From: Minisyncoccota bacterium
GTDB lineage: Bacteria > Patescibacteriota > Minisyncoccia > Phycocordibacterales > JABMNX01
Reading direction: 5' to 3'
NCBI GenBank assembly: GCA_026195275.1
Contig: JAPHQU010000002.1
Location: 5,964-69,963 of the forward strand
DNA: 64,000 nt
In this document: in pieces, positions 19,670-27,762 of the stretch
Layout: each line of letters opens with the position of its first letter
Numbering within the stretch: position 1 is the first letter of the stretch
Notes under the pieces: model-generated
Seen by the model: only the letters and a program-made list of their open reading frames with translations
Database searches by the model: none
Told to the model about the DNA's origin: nothing
Made by a program: the position numbers and the translations under genes

Positions 19670-20269
19670 ATGAAGCCACAGATGACACCAAAAGAAATTG
19701 AGATGATGGAAGAAATACTGTCATCGTATGGTCCACACATCGATGTCTTAGAGTGGGGTAGTGGCGGTAGTACAGTGTACTTCACGCGGTTCCTCCATAG
19801 TAAAGATATCTCGTACACATGGACAAGTATTGAATATAACAAGCTCTGGTATGACAAAATATCGGAGGCGGTGAGTAATGACGAAGATGTTGCGCTGAAA
19901 CTTTTTGATGTTGGAAATACTGAATTAAAACAACCTTATACACAAATGGATGAGTATGTCGCGTACCCTAGGACGCTCGGAAAGAAATACGACGTTATTC
20001 TTGTTGACGGAAGGAAGCGACACAGATGCTTGCTTGAAGCAAGTAAGTTATTAAGACCTGGTGGCACCGCGATTCTTCACGATGCGCGAAGGACGTATTA
20101 CCACGGCGCTTTTTCTGCGTACCCAAACAGTCGCATGCTTTTATGGACGGGTCTCTGGCAAGGAAAGCTGGAAGACCCAGGTTTGATTTGTAGAGCTATA
20201 AACTTTATGAGATATTGGTGTTTCCGTGCGTATACATTTTCGTTTCGCTTACGTCCAAGATCCTCATGA
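19670..20269 (+). CDS. class I SAM-dependent methyltransferase (Methyltransf_24-like)
   Basis: VLEWGSGGST, ILVDGRKRHRC; stop overlaps next start (ATGA). Confidence 0.6.
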   Translation: MKPQMTPKEIEMMEEILSSYGPHIDVLEWGSGGSTVYFTRFLHSKDISYTWTSIEYNKLWYDKISEAVSNDEDVALKLFDVGNTELKQPYTQMDEYVAYPRTLGKKYDVILVDGRKRHRCLLEASKLLRPGGTAILHDARRTYYHGAFSAYPNSRMLLWTGLWQGKLEDPGLICRAINFMRYWCFRAYTFSFRLRPRSS

Positions 20270-21519
20270 AGATAATACTTTTACATGACAGTTTCCCCCC
20301 ATATAGTTTTGGGGGCGGTGGGATTTCTGTCCAAGGAATTGCCGCTGTTTTGAAAAAAATCGGTCACGATGTCTCCGTTATTACCACGTGCAGGAAAGAA
20401 AGCGAGGAAGGAGTTTTCGACTGCGAGGGCATTAGGGTATTTAGGATAGCAAGTGACTACAGTGAAAGATGGCGTGCGTATCGAAGTCTGTATAACAATA
20501 AGGTTGTCCATAAGGTAGAGGAGATATTTAAGAAGATAGGTCCAGATGTTGTACATATCAATAGCATACATCACCACCTTTCATATCACTGCCTAAAGCT
20601 TGCTAGACAACAATCAGAAGTCGTTATATTTACCGCTCGTGATGTCATGCTATTTAATTTTGGTAAATTGCAGACGAGTAAGTATCTAAGAAATTTTGAT
20701 TATCGCACAACTTGGCATGACCATATTAAACAAGCAAGGAAGCGATGGAACCCTTTTCGTAATTTTATTATTAAGAGATACCTTAGGTATGCGGATAAGG
20801 TCTTTGCGATAAGTAAGTCATTAAGGGATGCTCTTAACCAGAATGATATAGAACACGTTGAGGTTATATACAATGGGATTGATGTTAGTGAGTGGCTTGT
20901 TGACCAAAGGATAGTTGTCGATTTTCAGACTAAGTATAGTCTGCAGGGTAGAAGAGTGATTTTATTCGGAGGAAGGTTGAGTGCAGCAAAGGGGGCAGAG
21001 AAAACACTTGAAGCACTTGTTAAAATAGTTAAGGAGATACCGAATGCAACACTGCTGGTCATGGGTAAGATTGATTGGTATGCGCAGGTAATGAAAGGGT
21101 ACGCTCGAGACCTAGATATAGAGGAACATCTTGTTTTTACTGGGTGGATTAAGGGAGATGAAATAAGGGCTGCATATGCGGCCTCTAATGTGGTATTAAT
21201 GCCATCAATTTGTTTTGATTCTTTTGGCAGGATTAATATAGAAGCGATGGCTTCCAAGAAGCCCGTTATTGGAACTTGTTACGGAGGAACCCCGGAGATT
21301 GTAGATGATGGAGTGACGGGTTATATAGTAAACCCCATGTATCCAGAAGAGATTGCCGAAAAGACCTTAGATTTACTCAAAAATCCAGAAAGAGCGGATA
21401 GGTTTGGTAAAGCTGGTTACGAGAGAGTAAAGAGTCATTTTAACCTGGAAGACAAGGTAAAAGAATACATTGCTGTATACGAAGCATTGTTAGAGGAAAA
21501 GAAAAGTGGGCCAATGTAA
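20266..21519 (+). CDS. glycosyltransferase family 4
   Basis: MKIILLHDSFPPYSFGGGG..., EAMASKKPVIGTCYGGTPEIVDDGVTGYIV; track start 20215 is an upstream extension. Confidence 0.8.
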   Translation: MKIILLHDSFPPYSFGGGGISVQGIAAVLKKIGHDVSVITTCRKESEEGVFDCEGIRVFRIASDYSERWRAYRSLYNNKVVHKVEEIFKKIGPDVVHINSIHHHLSYHCLKLARQQSEVVIFTARDVMLFNFGKLQTSKYLRNFDYRTTWHDHIKQARKRWNPFRNFIIKRYLRYADKVFAISKSLRDALNQNDIEHVEVIYNGIDVSEWLVDQRIVVDFQTKYSLQGRRVILFGGRLSAAKGAEKTLEALVKIVKEIPNATLLVMGKIDWYAQVMKGYARDLDIEEHLVFTGWIKGDEIRAAYAASNVVLMPSICFDSFGRINIEAMASKKPVIGTCYGGTPEIVDDGVTGYIVNPMYPEEIAEKTLDLLKNPERADRFGKAGYERVKSHFNLEDKVKEYIAVYEALLEEKKSGPM

Positions 21520-21531
21520 TCTATTAAAACC

Positions 21532-23307
21532 ATGACCACATTAAAACCCAAAGAGAGAATACTTGTTGTTTGCGGCAAGGATTTTCCTACCACACGCAGA
21601 ATTAAACACAAGTTTAATATAATCGTAGCAGATAAGATATTTCAAAAGGATGTAGAGACTCTAGGTTGCAGATTTATAGAACTCGGAATGTTTGTTGATC
21701 CAGGAAGCGTTTACAAAGCGGGCTCTTTCCTTGAAGAACTCTCTATATTGACCCTCCCGGATGGTTCCCGTCTTTCAAGGCGCTTTATATATAAAGGTTA
21801 TGAATTATGGTGGATACATTACAATAGTCTTTTTACTTATTTCTCTTTACCATACACTCAATATAAGAGGCTGCTTGAATATCTGAGGGATTTTCAGAGA
21901 GTGTCCTTTTATCAGCCTTCATTCAAGAGCCTTTTCTCTTGTTATCTACGTGCGTATGGGTGTGAAGTAAGTACTCTCCATGGGAGACATTTAAAATTTC
22001 CATCATTCCTTCCATTTGGTGTCTTATTTCAGATAATCCTTACCCTATTAAGTCTGCCTATTCTCACCATAAAGAAGTCGCCTGCGATGCTATTCACCGG
22101 AGACAAGTTTGAAGAAGACAAAGACTATGATTTTAGGATGAAATTTATTTATGAGGAGCTACGACAAAGAAATATCCGTTTTGTTGAATTTATCCGTAGT
22201 TTGGAATCGTGGAAGACTGTACTAAAGCATGCACTTAAACGAAGGAGACCTGTGATTTATTCAGACAGTATAGTTTTTATTGGACGGTTTATAAGCATAA
22301 TATCAGGTGGGCGACGTCGCGCTGAGCAGAAATTTGGCACTCATAAACTTATTTCTGAGACGGATCCTGAGAACCGGTTCAAATATCTGGTGGCTACCCA
22401 ATACCTCCTTACGGTGTACGATGACGTTTGGGCAATACGGATTATGGAATGGATTTTACACGCGATTGGTATCAGGGTAGCGCTGGTTATAAGTGCATCA
22501 GAACGCAGTTTTCACACTGTCTTAGGGTGTAAATTGAATTCCATACCAACAGTTGGAATCATGCACGGTGTTGCATCACGCTACGGAACTCCTTGTGACT
22601 TTATGATTGGCTTTGATGGCAAGAAGATGCTTTCGGTTGACAATTATGGTGTTTGGAGTGATTGGTGGAAGGTGCACTATATGAGGAATAGTCAATCGTA
22701 CAAACCTGAACAGATTCATGTGTCTGGTCCCATGCGTCCGCTTATGTTGGTGGAGGAACAGAATACAACCTCGACATCACAAGATGAACGAATGAGGGTG
22801 CTTTTTATCGCCGAGCAAACAGCTGATCCTAGTGAAGTGATGCTATATCTCCATAAGCTTTTACATTGCACGGATATAAGGTTGACGATAAAGTTCCGTC
22901 CATATCGCGACGGTTTTGAAATATGGCTTTTAGAGAACGAACCCCAGATCTTAAAACTCCCGCATATAAAGGTTGTTAAGGGAGGTATGCAAGAAGCAAT
23001 TCAAAATGTCGATGTTGTCGTTGGTTGTCATAGCACCGCTGTACTTGAAGCACTACTTCAGTTAAAAGTTCCCATCTTCCTTCGCACACAAAAGTGGGGT
23101 GACTACTACAGCATGACTCAATCAGATAAAACCCGACACCTAATCGCCGAGAATCCAGGAGAGCTCATTGAGCAGATTCAGCACGCAGGCACCATCACCC
23201 CAAGTCTTTTAACAGAGTTGCGCGAGCAATACTTTGGTGATCCGCATAAAAACGGGAGCAAGTGGGTGGTGGATCAGGTAGAAGAGATCCTGCAGAAGAC
23301 AAACTAA
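21532..23307 (+). CDS. hypothetical GT-B-fold protein, weakly TagB/TagF glycerophosphotransferase- or capsule-biosynthesis (KpsC/KpsS)-like
   Basis: C-terminal VVGCHSTAVLEALLQLKVPIFL resembles donor-binding strand of TagF/KpsC-type enzymes; otherwise no clear motifs. Confidence 0.35.
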   Translation: MTTLKPKERILVVCGKDFPTTRRIKHKFNIIVADKIFQKDVETLGCRFIELGMFVDPGSVYKAGSFLEELSILTLPDGSRLSRRFIYKGYELWWIHYNSLFTYFSLPYTQYKRLLEYLRDFQRVSFYQPSFKSLFSCYLRAYGCEVSTLHGRHLKFPSFLPFGVLFQIILTLLSLPILTIKKSPAMLFTGDKFEEDKDYDFRMKFIYEELRQRNIRFVEFIRSLESWKTVLKHALKRRRPVIYSDSIVFIGRFISIISGGRRRAEQKFGTHKLISETDPENRFKYLVATQYLLTVYDDVWAIRIMEWILHAIGIRVALVISASERSFHTVLGCKLNSIPTVGIMHGVASRYGTPCDFMIGFDGKKMLSVDNYGVWSDWWKVHYMRNSQSYKPEQIHVSGPMRPLMLVEEQNTTSTSQDERMRVLFIAEQTADPSEVMLYLHKLLHCTDIRLTIKFRPYRDGFEIWLLENEPQILKLPHIKVVKGGMQEAIQNVDVVVGCHSTAVLEALLQLKVPIFLRTQKWGDYYSMTQSDKTRHLIAENPGELIEQIQHAGTITPSLLTELREQYFGDPHKNGSKWVVDQVEEILQKTN

Positions 23308-24569
23308 GTATTTGTGTTTCTTCTCCACATACCAATACCAATCAATAGTGCTATCAGAGAATTGGATACATTTGCTATCACAAGTCCAAGTACTCCTCCC
23401 CAGATTCCTAGAATCACATAAAGTGTGACGAGTATGACACTTTGAATTATGCTTCTGATGAAAATGAGACGAGATAATTTCTGTGATTCAAAAAGGAGGC
23501 TGACATAGCGGTTGGGCATTGCAAAGATAAAACCTAACGCTAATATCTGCGAGTAGACAACCCCCTCTATATACTGAGGTAGTAGGTATTTGAATAAATA
23601 TGGCGAGATAAGTATATATGTGACCGCTATAAGCGTACCGATGAACATTCCCTGGAAGATTCTTTTGTAGAAAACAGTATTTATTTCTTCAGGTGTCTTT
23701 GTTGCGAACTTGGGGAATCCTAAGCCGACCCAGTTTTTCATGAATGAGGTTGCTCTGTCTGGTACAGCAAGGGCAAGCCAATACACAGCAAGCTGTGCCG
23801 GACCCCAGAAGTGCGTGAGAATGATCTTGTCTATCTGTCCAGTGATTGGTCCAATGAGTCGTATAAAACTTAGCTTGCGACCATACTTGAGTACGTCTCC
23901 AACATCGCCCTCTAGAGACGGCTTGAACTTTCGCAGGATGACAATATAAAAGAAGAGTGTTGTGGCAAACGTCGTAATAGCATAAGCGGCTATGAGCCAC
24001 ACTATTTCTCCGCTTAACAGGATTGCAGCTAGAATACCGCCCACATATACGAGAGTGGATATGATGTTCGATATGCTAGCGAATTGGAACTTTCTTTTCC
24101 CTTCAAGATAAGCGCCGTATGTATTTAAGGCGAGAGTTGAAGGAACAAAGATACCTAAAATAAGAAAGGATATCGCAAGAAGAGTATTGTCATTTATGAA
24201 ATAGTATCCGCTGAAGGTAAAGAACGCAGTAAGCATCAACAAGTTCCACTTGAGTTGGTATTTGACAGAAACCCTGAGCGCTCCGTCGTGCCCCGCGGCA
24301 ACAGCTCTTGCAACTGCGCTGTTCATGCCGGTGAGCGTGAATATATTCAACACGCCTGCTAAGGCAAGGATGTAGCGGTAGAGACCATAAACATCTTTTG
24401 GTAGCAAGTTAGCAAAAGCCACTATGAGCCCCAACGAGAGAATGCTCGTGATGGTTTGTCCAAATGTCACCCAAAAGCCGCCTTTGGCGAGGTAGAGCAT
24501 GTCGGTTTTTGTGTACTTTTCGCTCCAACGGAGGAGGCGATAGAGCTTGTTTCTGGCTTTGGGTATCAT
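23304..24569 (-). CDS. wzx: oligosaccharide flippase (Wzx / polysaccharide biosynthesis protein, MOP superfamily)
   Basis: ~12 predicted TM helices, length 421 aa, typical N-terminal KGGFWVTFGQ... of Wzx family; only large minus-strand gene in cluster. Confidence 0.7.
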   Translation of the reverse strand: MIPKARNKLYRLLRWSEKYTKTDMLYLAKGGFWVTFGQTITSILSLGLIVAFANLLPKDVYGLYRYILALAGVLNIFTLTGMNSAVARAVAAGHDGALRVSVKYQLKWNLLMLTAFFTFSGYYFINDNTLLAISFLILGIFVPSTLALNTYGAYLEGKRKFQFASISNIISTLVYVGGILAAILLSGEIVWLIAAYAITTFATTLFFYIVILRKFKPSLEGDVGDVLKYGRKLSFIRLIGPITGQIDKIILTHFWGPAQLAVYWLALAVPDRATSFMKNWVGLGFPKFATKTPEEINTVFYKRIFQGMFIGTLIAVTYILISPYLFKYLLPQYIEGVVYSQILALGFIFAMPNRYVSLLFESQKLSRLIFIRSIIQSVILVTLYVILGIWGGVLGLVIANVSNSLIALLIGIGMWRRNTNT

Positions 24570-24638
24570 GGTATGTATCTTAATCTATTGCGTGCGGTCG
24601 AGCTAGCACCACAGGGCGCAGGGTGGTATAGTTTTTCT

Positions 24639-26825
24639 ATGAAAGTTGAGAATATTCTGAGAAAAGTGGTCCTTGCGGGGATCTTTTTGATTCCATTTAT
24701 TCCGTTCATCGTTTCCTCAAGTCTCTTTTTCCCGTTCATTACCGGGAAAAACTTTGCATTCCGTATCATAGTTGAGATCATCTTTGGCGGCTGGCTCGGG
24801 CTTATGCTCTACAATCCGGCGTATCGGCCGCGTTTCTCGTGGCTTCTTGCGGCAATCGCCTCGTTCGTCGGCATCATTGCCCTTGCTGACATTTTTGGCG
24901 AGAACCCGCTTAAGAGCATCTGGAGCAACTTTGAGCGCATGGAAGGTCTGGTGACGCTCGTGCATCTCTTTATGTACTTCCTCGTAGTTGGAACTGTCCT
25001 TAATACGGAAAAGTTGTGGACACGATTCTTGAATACATCTGTTGCGGTCTCCGGCTTGCTCGGCATCTACGGTCTCTTCCAGCTTTGGGGATTCATCACC
25101 ATCAACCAAGGTGGTGTGCGACTTGATGCAACATTCGGCAACGCGACGTATCTCGCAATCTACATGCTTTTCCATGTATTCATCACTGCACTGCTTTTGA
25201 TGCGTTTTAAAGGGGATCGAATCGTGCGACACCTCTATATAGGAATCATGGCGCTACAGGTGATGATGATCTACTTCACTGCGACACGTGGTGCGATTCT
25301 CGGTCTTCTCGGCGGAGTGATTTTCGCCGGATTGCTCGTTGCTATTTTTGAACGAGAACAAAAGACACTTCGCAAGACCGCAATCGGTGCGGTAGTCGCG
25401 GTGCTTCTTGTTGTTGGCGGGTTCTTCGCTATCAAGAACACTGAGTTTGCAAAGGGGAGCCCGGTGCTTGGTCGTTTCACCAACCTCTCACTCTCAAGCG
25501 GTACGGTTGACGCGCGCTTCCAGATTTGGGGCCTAGCTATTGAAGGGGTCAAAGAACGACCACTTCTCGGTTGGGGGCAGGAGAATTTTAACTTTGTCTT
25601 TAATAAGTACTACAAGCCGGAGCTCTACAAGCAGGAGCAGTGGTTTGACCGCACGCACAACATTGTCTTCGACTGGCTGATTGCCGGTGGCATCCTCGGT
25701 TTCCTCGCGTACCTTGCTATAGCACTCGCGACACTCTTCTACCTGTGGCGGCCGCGTAATACCTTCTTGTCTATTCCTGAGAAGAGTGTCATCACCGGTT
25801 TGCTCGCGGGTTACGGCTTCCACAACCTCTTTGTATTCGACAATATCATAAGCTACATTCTCTACTTCACGGTGATGGCGTTCGTGTGCTTCTCGTATCG
25901 GGAGAGCATCAAGCCTGAAGTGGGTGAGGTAGAAACAAAGACTCTCGGTACCGACATAACCTCCCGTGTGTATGTGCCAATTATTGTTGTGATTACCATT
26001 ATGGCGCTGTATCTAGTGAACGGGAAGCCGATACTCACCGCGCACGCGCTCCTTCGCGCAATTGCGACACAGCCGGGGAGCGCAGAGCAGATTGAGTCGT
26101 TCAAGAAAGCGTTTTCGTACGACACATTTGGCAACCAGGAAGCAGCAGAGCAGCTTGCGCAGATCTCGACACGCATCGCAGCGAATCGTTTTGATATTGA
26201 GGTAAAGCAGCAATACCTCTCGCTTACCGAGACGGAGATGCAGAAGGTTGTCGACCGGGTACCAAACGACGCACGCACACAGCTTTTCTTCGGGACAGTA
26301 TTTGACTCGTTCAGTCAGTACGCAAAGGCGCAGCCGCACCTTGTGCGCGCGAACGAGCTCTCACCCAAAAAACCAACCATCCTCTATCAGCTTGGTTTTA
26401 ATGCATTCAATCGAGGTGATACAGCGGGCGGACTTGGGATCTTTAAGGAAGCATATGAACTTGCTCCAGAATCGAAGGACGGAGCGATTTACTACGCGGT
26501 TGGTGCGGTGAATTCAGGCGACCGAGCTCTCCTTGAGGATATCCTTATCCCAACGTTTGGTTCCATCATTGTCGATAGCGACCACTTGGTGCAGGCGTAC
26601 TTTAATAATGGGATGCTCCATGAGGTGCTTGCGGTATGGAGATTGCGCGTCGAAGAAGACCCAAACAATCCACAGAAACGCCTTGGGCTCGCCGCTGCGT
26701 ATCTTGAGCTTGGTCAACGCCAGAATACGATAGCTGAGCTTGAGAAGATGATCGAGCTTGATCCAAACTATAAAGCGCAAGGAGAGTACCTTATCCGTGA
26801 GATTCGTGCCGGAAGGAATCCGTAA
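24639..26825 (+). CDS. O-antigen ligase/polymerase-family membrane protein (Wzy_C) with C-terminal TPR repeats
   Basis: Polytopic N-terminal domain with FTATRGAILGL (Wzy_C-like) then soluble TPR-like C-terminus (NPQKRLGLAAAYLELGQRQNTIAELEKMIELDPN); start chosen at Met before first TM helix, divergent from wzx. Confidence 0.65.
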   Translation: MKVENILRKVVLAGIFLIPFIPFIVSSSLFFPFITGKNFAFRIIVEIIFGGWLGLMLYNPAYRPRFSWLLAAIASFVGIIALADIFGENPLKSIWSNFERMEGLVTLVHLFMYFLVVGTVLNTEKLWTRFLNTSVAVSGLLGIYGLFQLWGFITINQGGVRLDATFGNATYLAIYMLFHVFITALLLMRFKGDRIVRHLYIGIMALQVMMIYFTATRGAILGLLGGVIFAGLLVAIFEREQKTLRKTAIGAVVAVLLVVGGFFAIKNTEFAKGSPVLGRFTNLSLSSGTVDARFQIWGLAIEGVKERPLLGWGQENFNFVFNKYYKPELYKQEQWFDRTHNIVFDWLIAGGILGFLAYLAIALATLFYLWRPRNTFLSIPEKSVITGLLAGYGFHNLFVFDNIISYILYFTVMAFVCFSYRESIKPEVGEVETKTLGTDITSRVYVPIIVVITIMALYLVNGKPILTAHALLRAIATQPGSAEQIESFKKAFSYDTFGNQEAAEQLAQISTRIAANRFDIEVKQQYLSLTETEMQKVVDRVPNDARTQLFFGTVFDSFSQYAKAQPHLVRANELSPKKPTILYQLGFNAFNRGDTAGGLGIFKEAYELAPESKDGAIYYAVGAVNSGDRALLEDILIPTFGSIIVDSDHLVQAYFNNGMLHEVLAVWRLRVEEDPNNPQKRLGLAAAYLELGQRQNTIAELEKMIELDPNYKAQGEYLIREIRAGRNP

Positions 26826-26837
26826 TTAGAGTAGAGG

Positions 26838-26865
26838 TTGCATTTTTTTGAGAATGTGCTATATT
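26838..26865 (+). promoter_or_regulatory. sigma70-like promoter TTGCAT-16-TGcTATATT (extended -10)
   Basis: Read directly: TTGCAT 26838-26843, TG at 26857-26858, TATATT 26860-26865. Confidence 0.5.
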
Positions 26866-26871
26866 ATATTC

Positions 26872-27170
26872 GTGAGTGTCACATTCGTGTGGCTCTAACG
26901 AAAATCTGCGTAAGTCCCGCCCTCGTGGCGGGTTTTACGTTTCTGAAGAAATACCCATTTAAATATACATTTAAATGGGTATTTCTTTTAGGTTGCACAG
27001 TGCATTGTGAAGCGCGTATACTAAGTGGGTGCGGCGATCCTCCCAAGGTACGGGGGACGGCGGCACTCACATTAGATCTTCGTTTTGGAGCTCGCACCCG
27101 TTCCCCATATCTCGGTGGGATCGCTTGCAGAAAAAACAAAACCGATACACATGTATCGGTTTTGTTTTTT
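26872..27170 (+). ncRNA. candidate small structured RNA: short attenuator-like hairpin+U-run (26908-26936), 17-bp perfect inverted repeat (26946-26983), GC-rich segment, strong terminator (27126-27168)
   Basis: Promoter upstream, no ORF, multiple perfect hairpins, terminal aaaaccgatacacatgtatcggttttgttttttt; does not match RNase P, tmRNA or SRP conserved motifs by eye. Confidence 0.35.
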
Positions 27171-27432
27171 TAAAAAGTACATGAACACAACAACAGTATT
27201 AATAACGTCATTAATGCTGTCGGTGATAAACATTTAACTAAAAAGATCTAACGTTACAGATTTTTTATTTTTTGAATTATTTTTTGTTATCCACAAAAAC
27301 TTTTTAACTTTTTATTGTGTTTGCACGTTGTACGTTCGATAATATAAGTAACTTCTCTAACGCGTTACAACGTTTTCTTTTGTACAAAAGAGGAGGGGTC
27401 GACATTACTAAGAAGATCATTCATTAGACATC

Positions 27433-27675
27433 ATGCCAGCACGAAAACGAAAAGCAGCTAAGAAGACAACACGTCGCAAGGTTGCTAAGAAAGCAGCTAA
27501 GAAGACGACGCGTCGCAAGACAACTCGTCGTAAGGTTGCTAAGAAAGCAGCTAAGAAGACGACGCGTCGCAAGACAACTCGTCGTAAGGTTGCTAAGAAA
27601 GCAGCTAAGAAGACAACTCGTCGTAAGGTTGCTAAGAAAGCAGCAAAAAAGACTACCCGTCGACGAAAGCGATAG
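27433..27675 (+). CDS. histone H1-like / Hc1-like highly basic repeat protein (KKAAKKTTRRK repeats), likely nucleoid-associated DNA-binding protein
   Basis: 80-aa ORF that is ~50% Lys/Arg with tandem repeats; underlying DNA is an imperfect tandem repeat; followed by strong terminator. Confidence 0.6.
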   Translation: MPARKRKAAKKTTRRKVAKKAAKKTTRRKTTRRKVAKKAAKKTTRRKTTRRKVAKKAAKKTTRRKVAKKAAKKTTRRRKR

Positions 27676-27703
27676 TAGCCTCTTTGCAGGACTATTTCTA
27701 ACA

Positions 27704-27746
27704 AAATCCCCCGGAGAGGTCAATGACCACCTCCGGGGGATTTTGT
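27704..27746 (+). terminator. rho-independent terminator (13-bp stem aaatcccccggag / ctccgggggattt)
   Basis: Perfect inverted repeat with 14-nt loop and T-run, immediately 3' of the histone-like gene and ~15 nt before secA. Confidence 0.7.
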
Positions 27747-27762
27747 GCTACTATAGGTGCGT

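Noticed and set aside
26872-27170. RNase P RNA / tmRNA / SRP RNA identity for the structured noncoding locus
   Set aside because: Conserved cores (GAAAGUCCGGGC for RNase P, tRNA-like UUCGA..CCA end for tmRNA, GGAAGCAGCC domain IV for SRP) are not present by eye.
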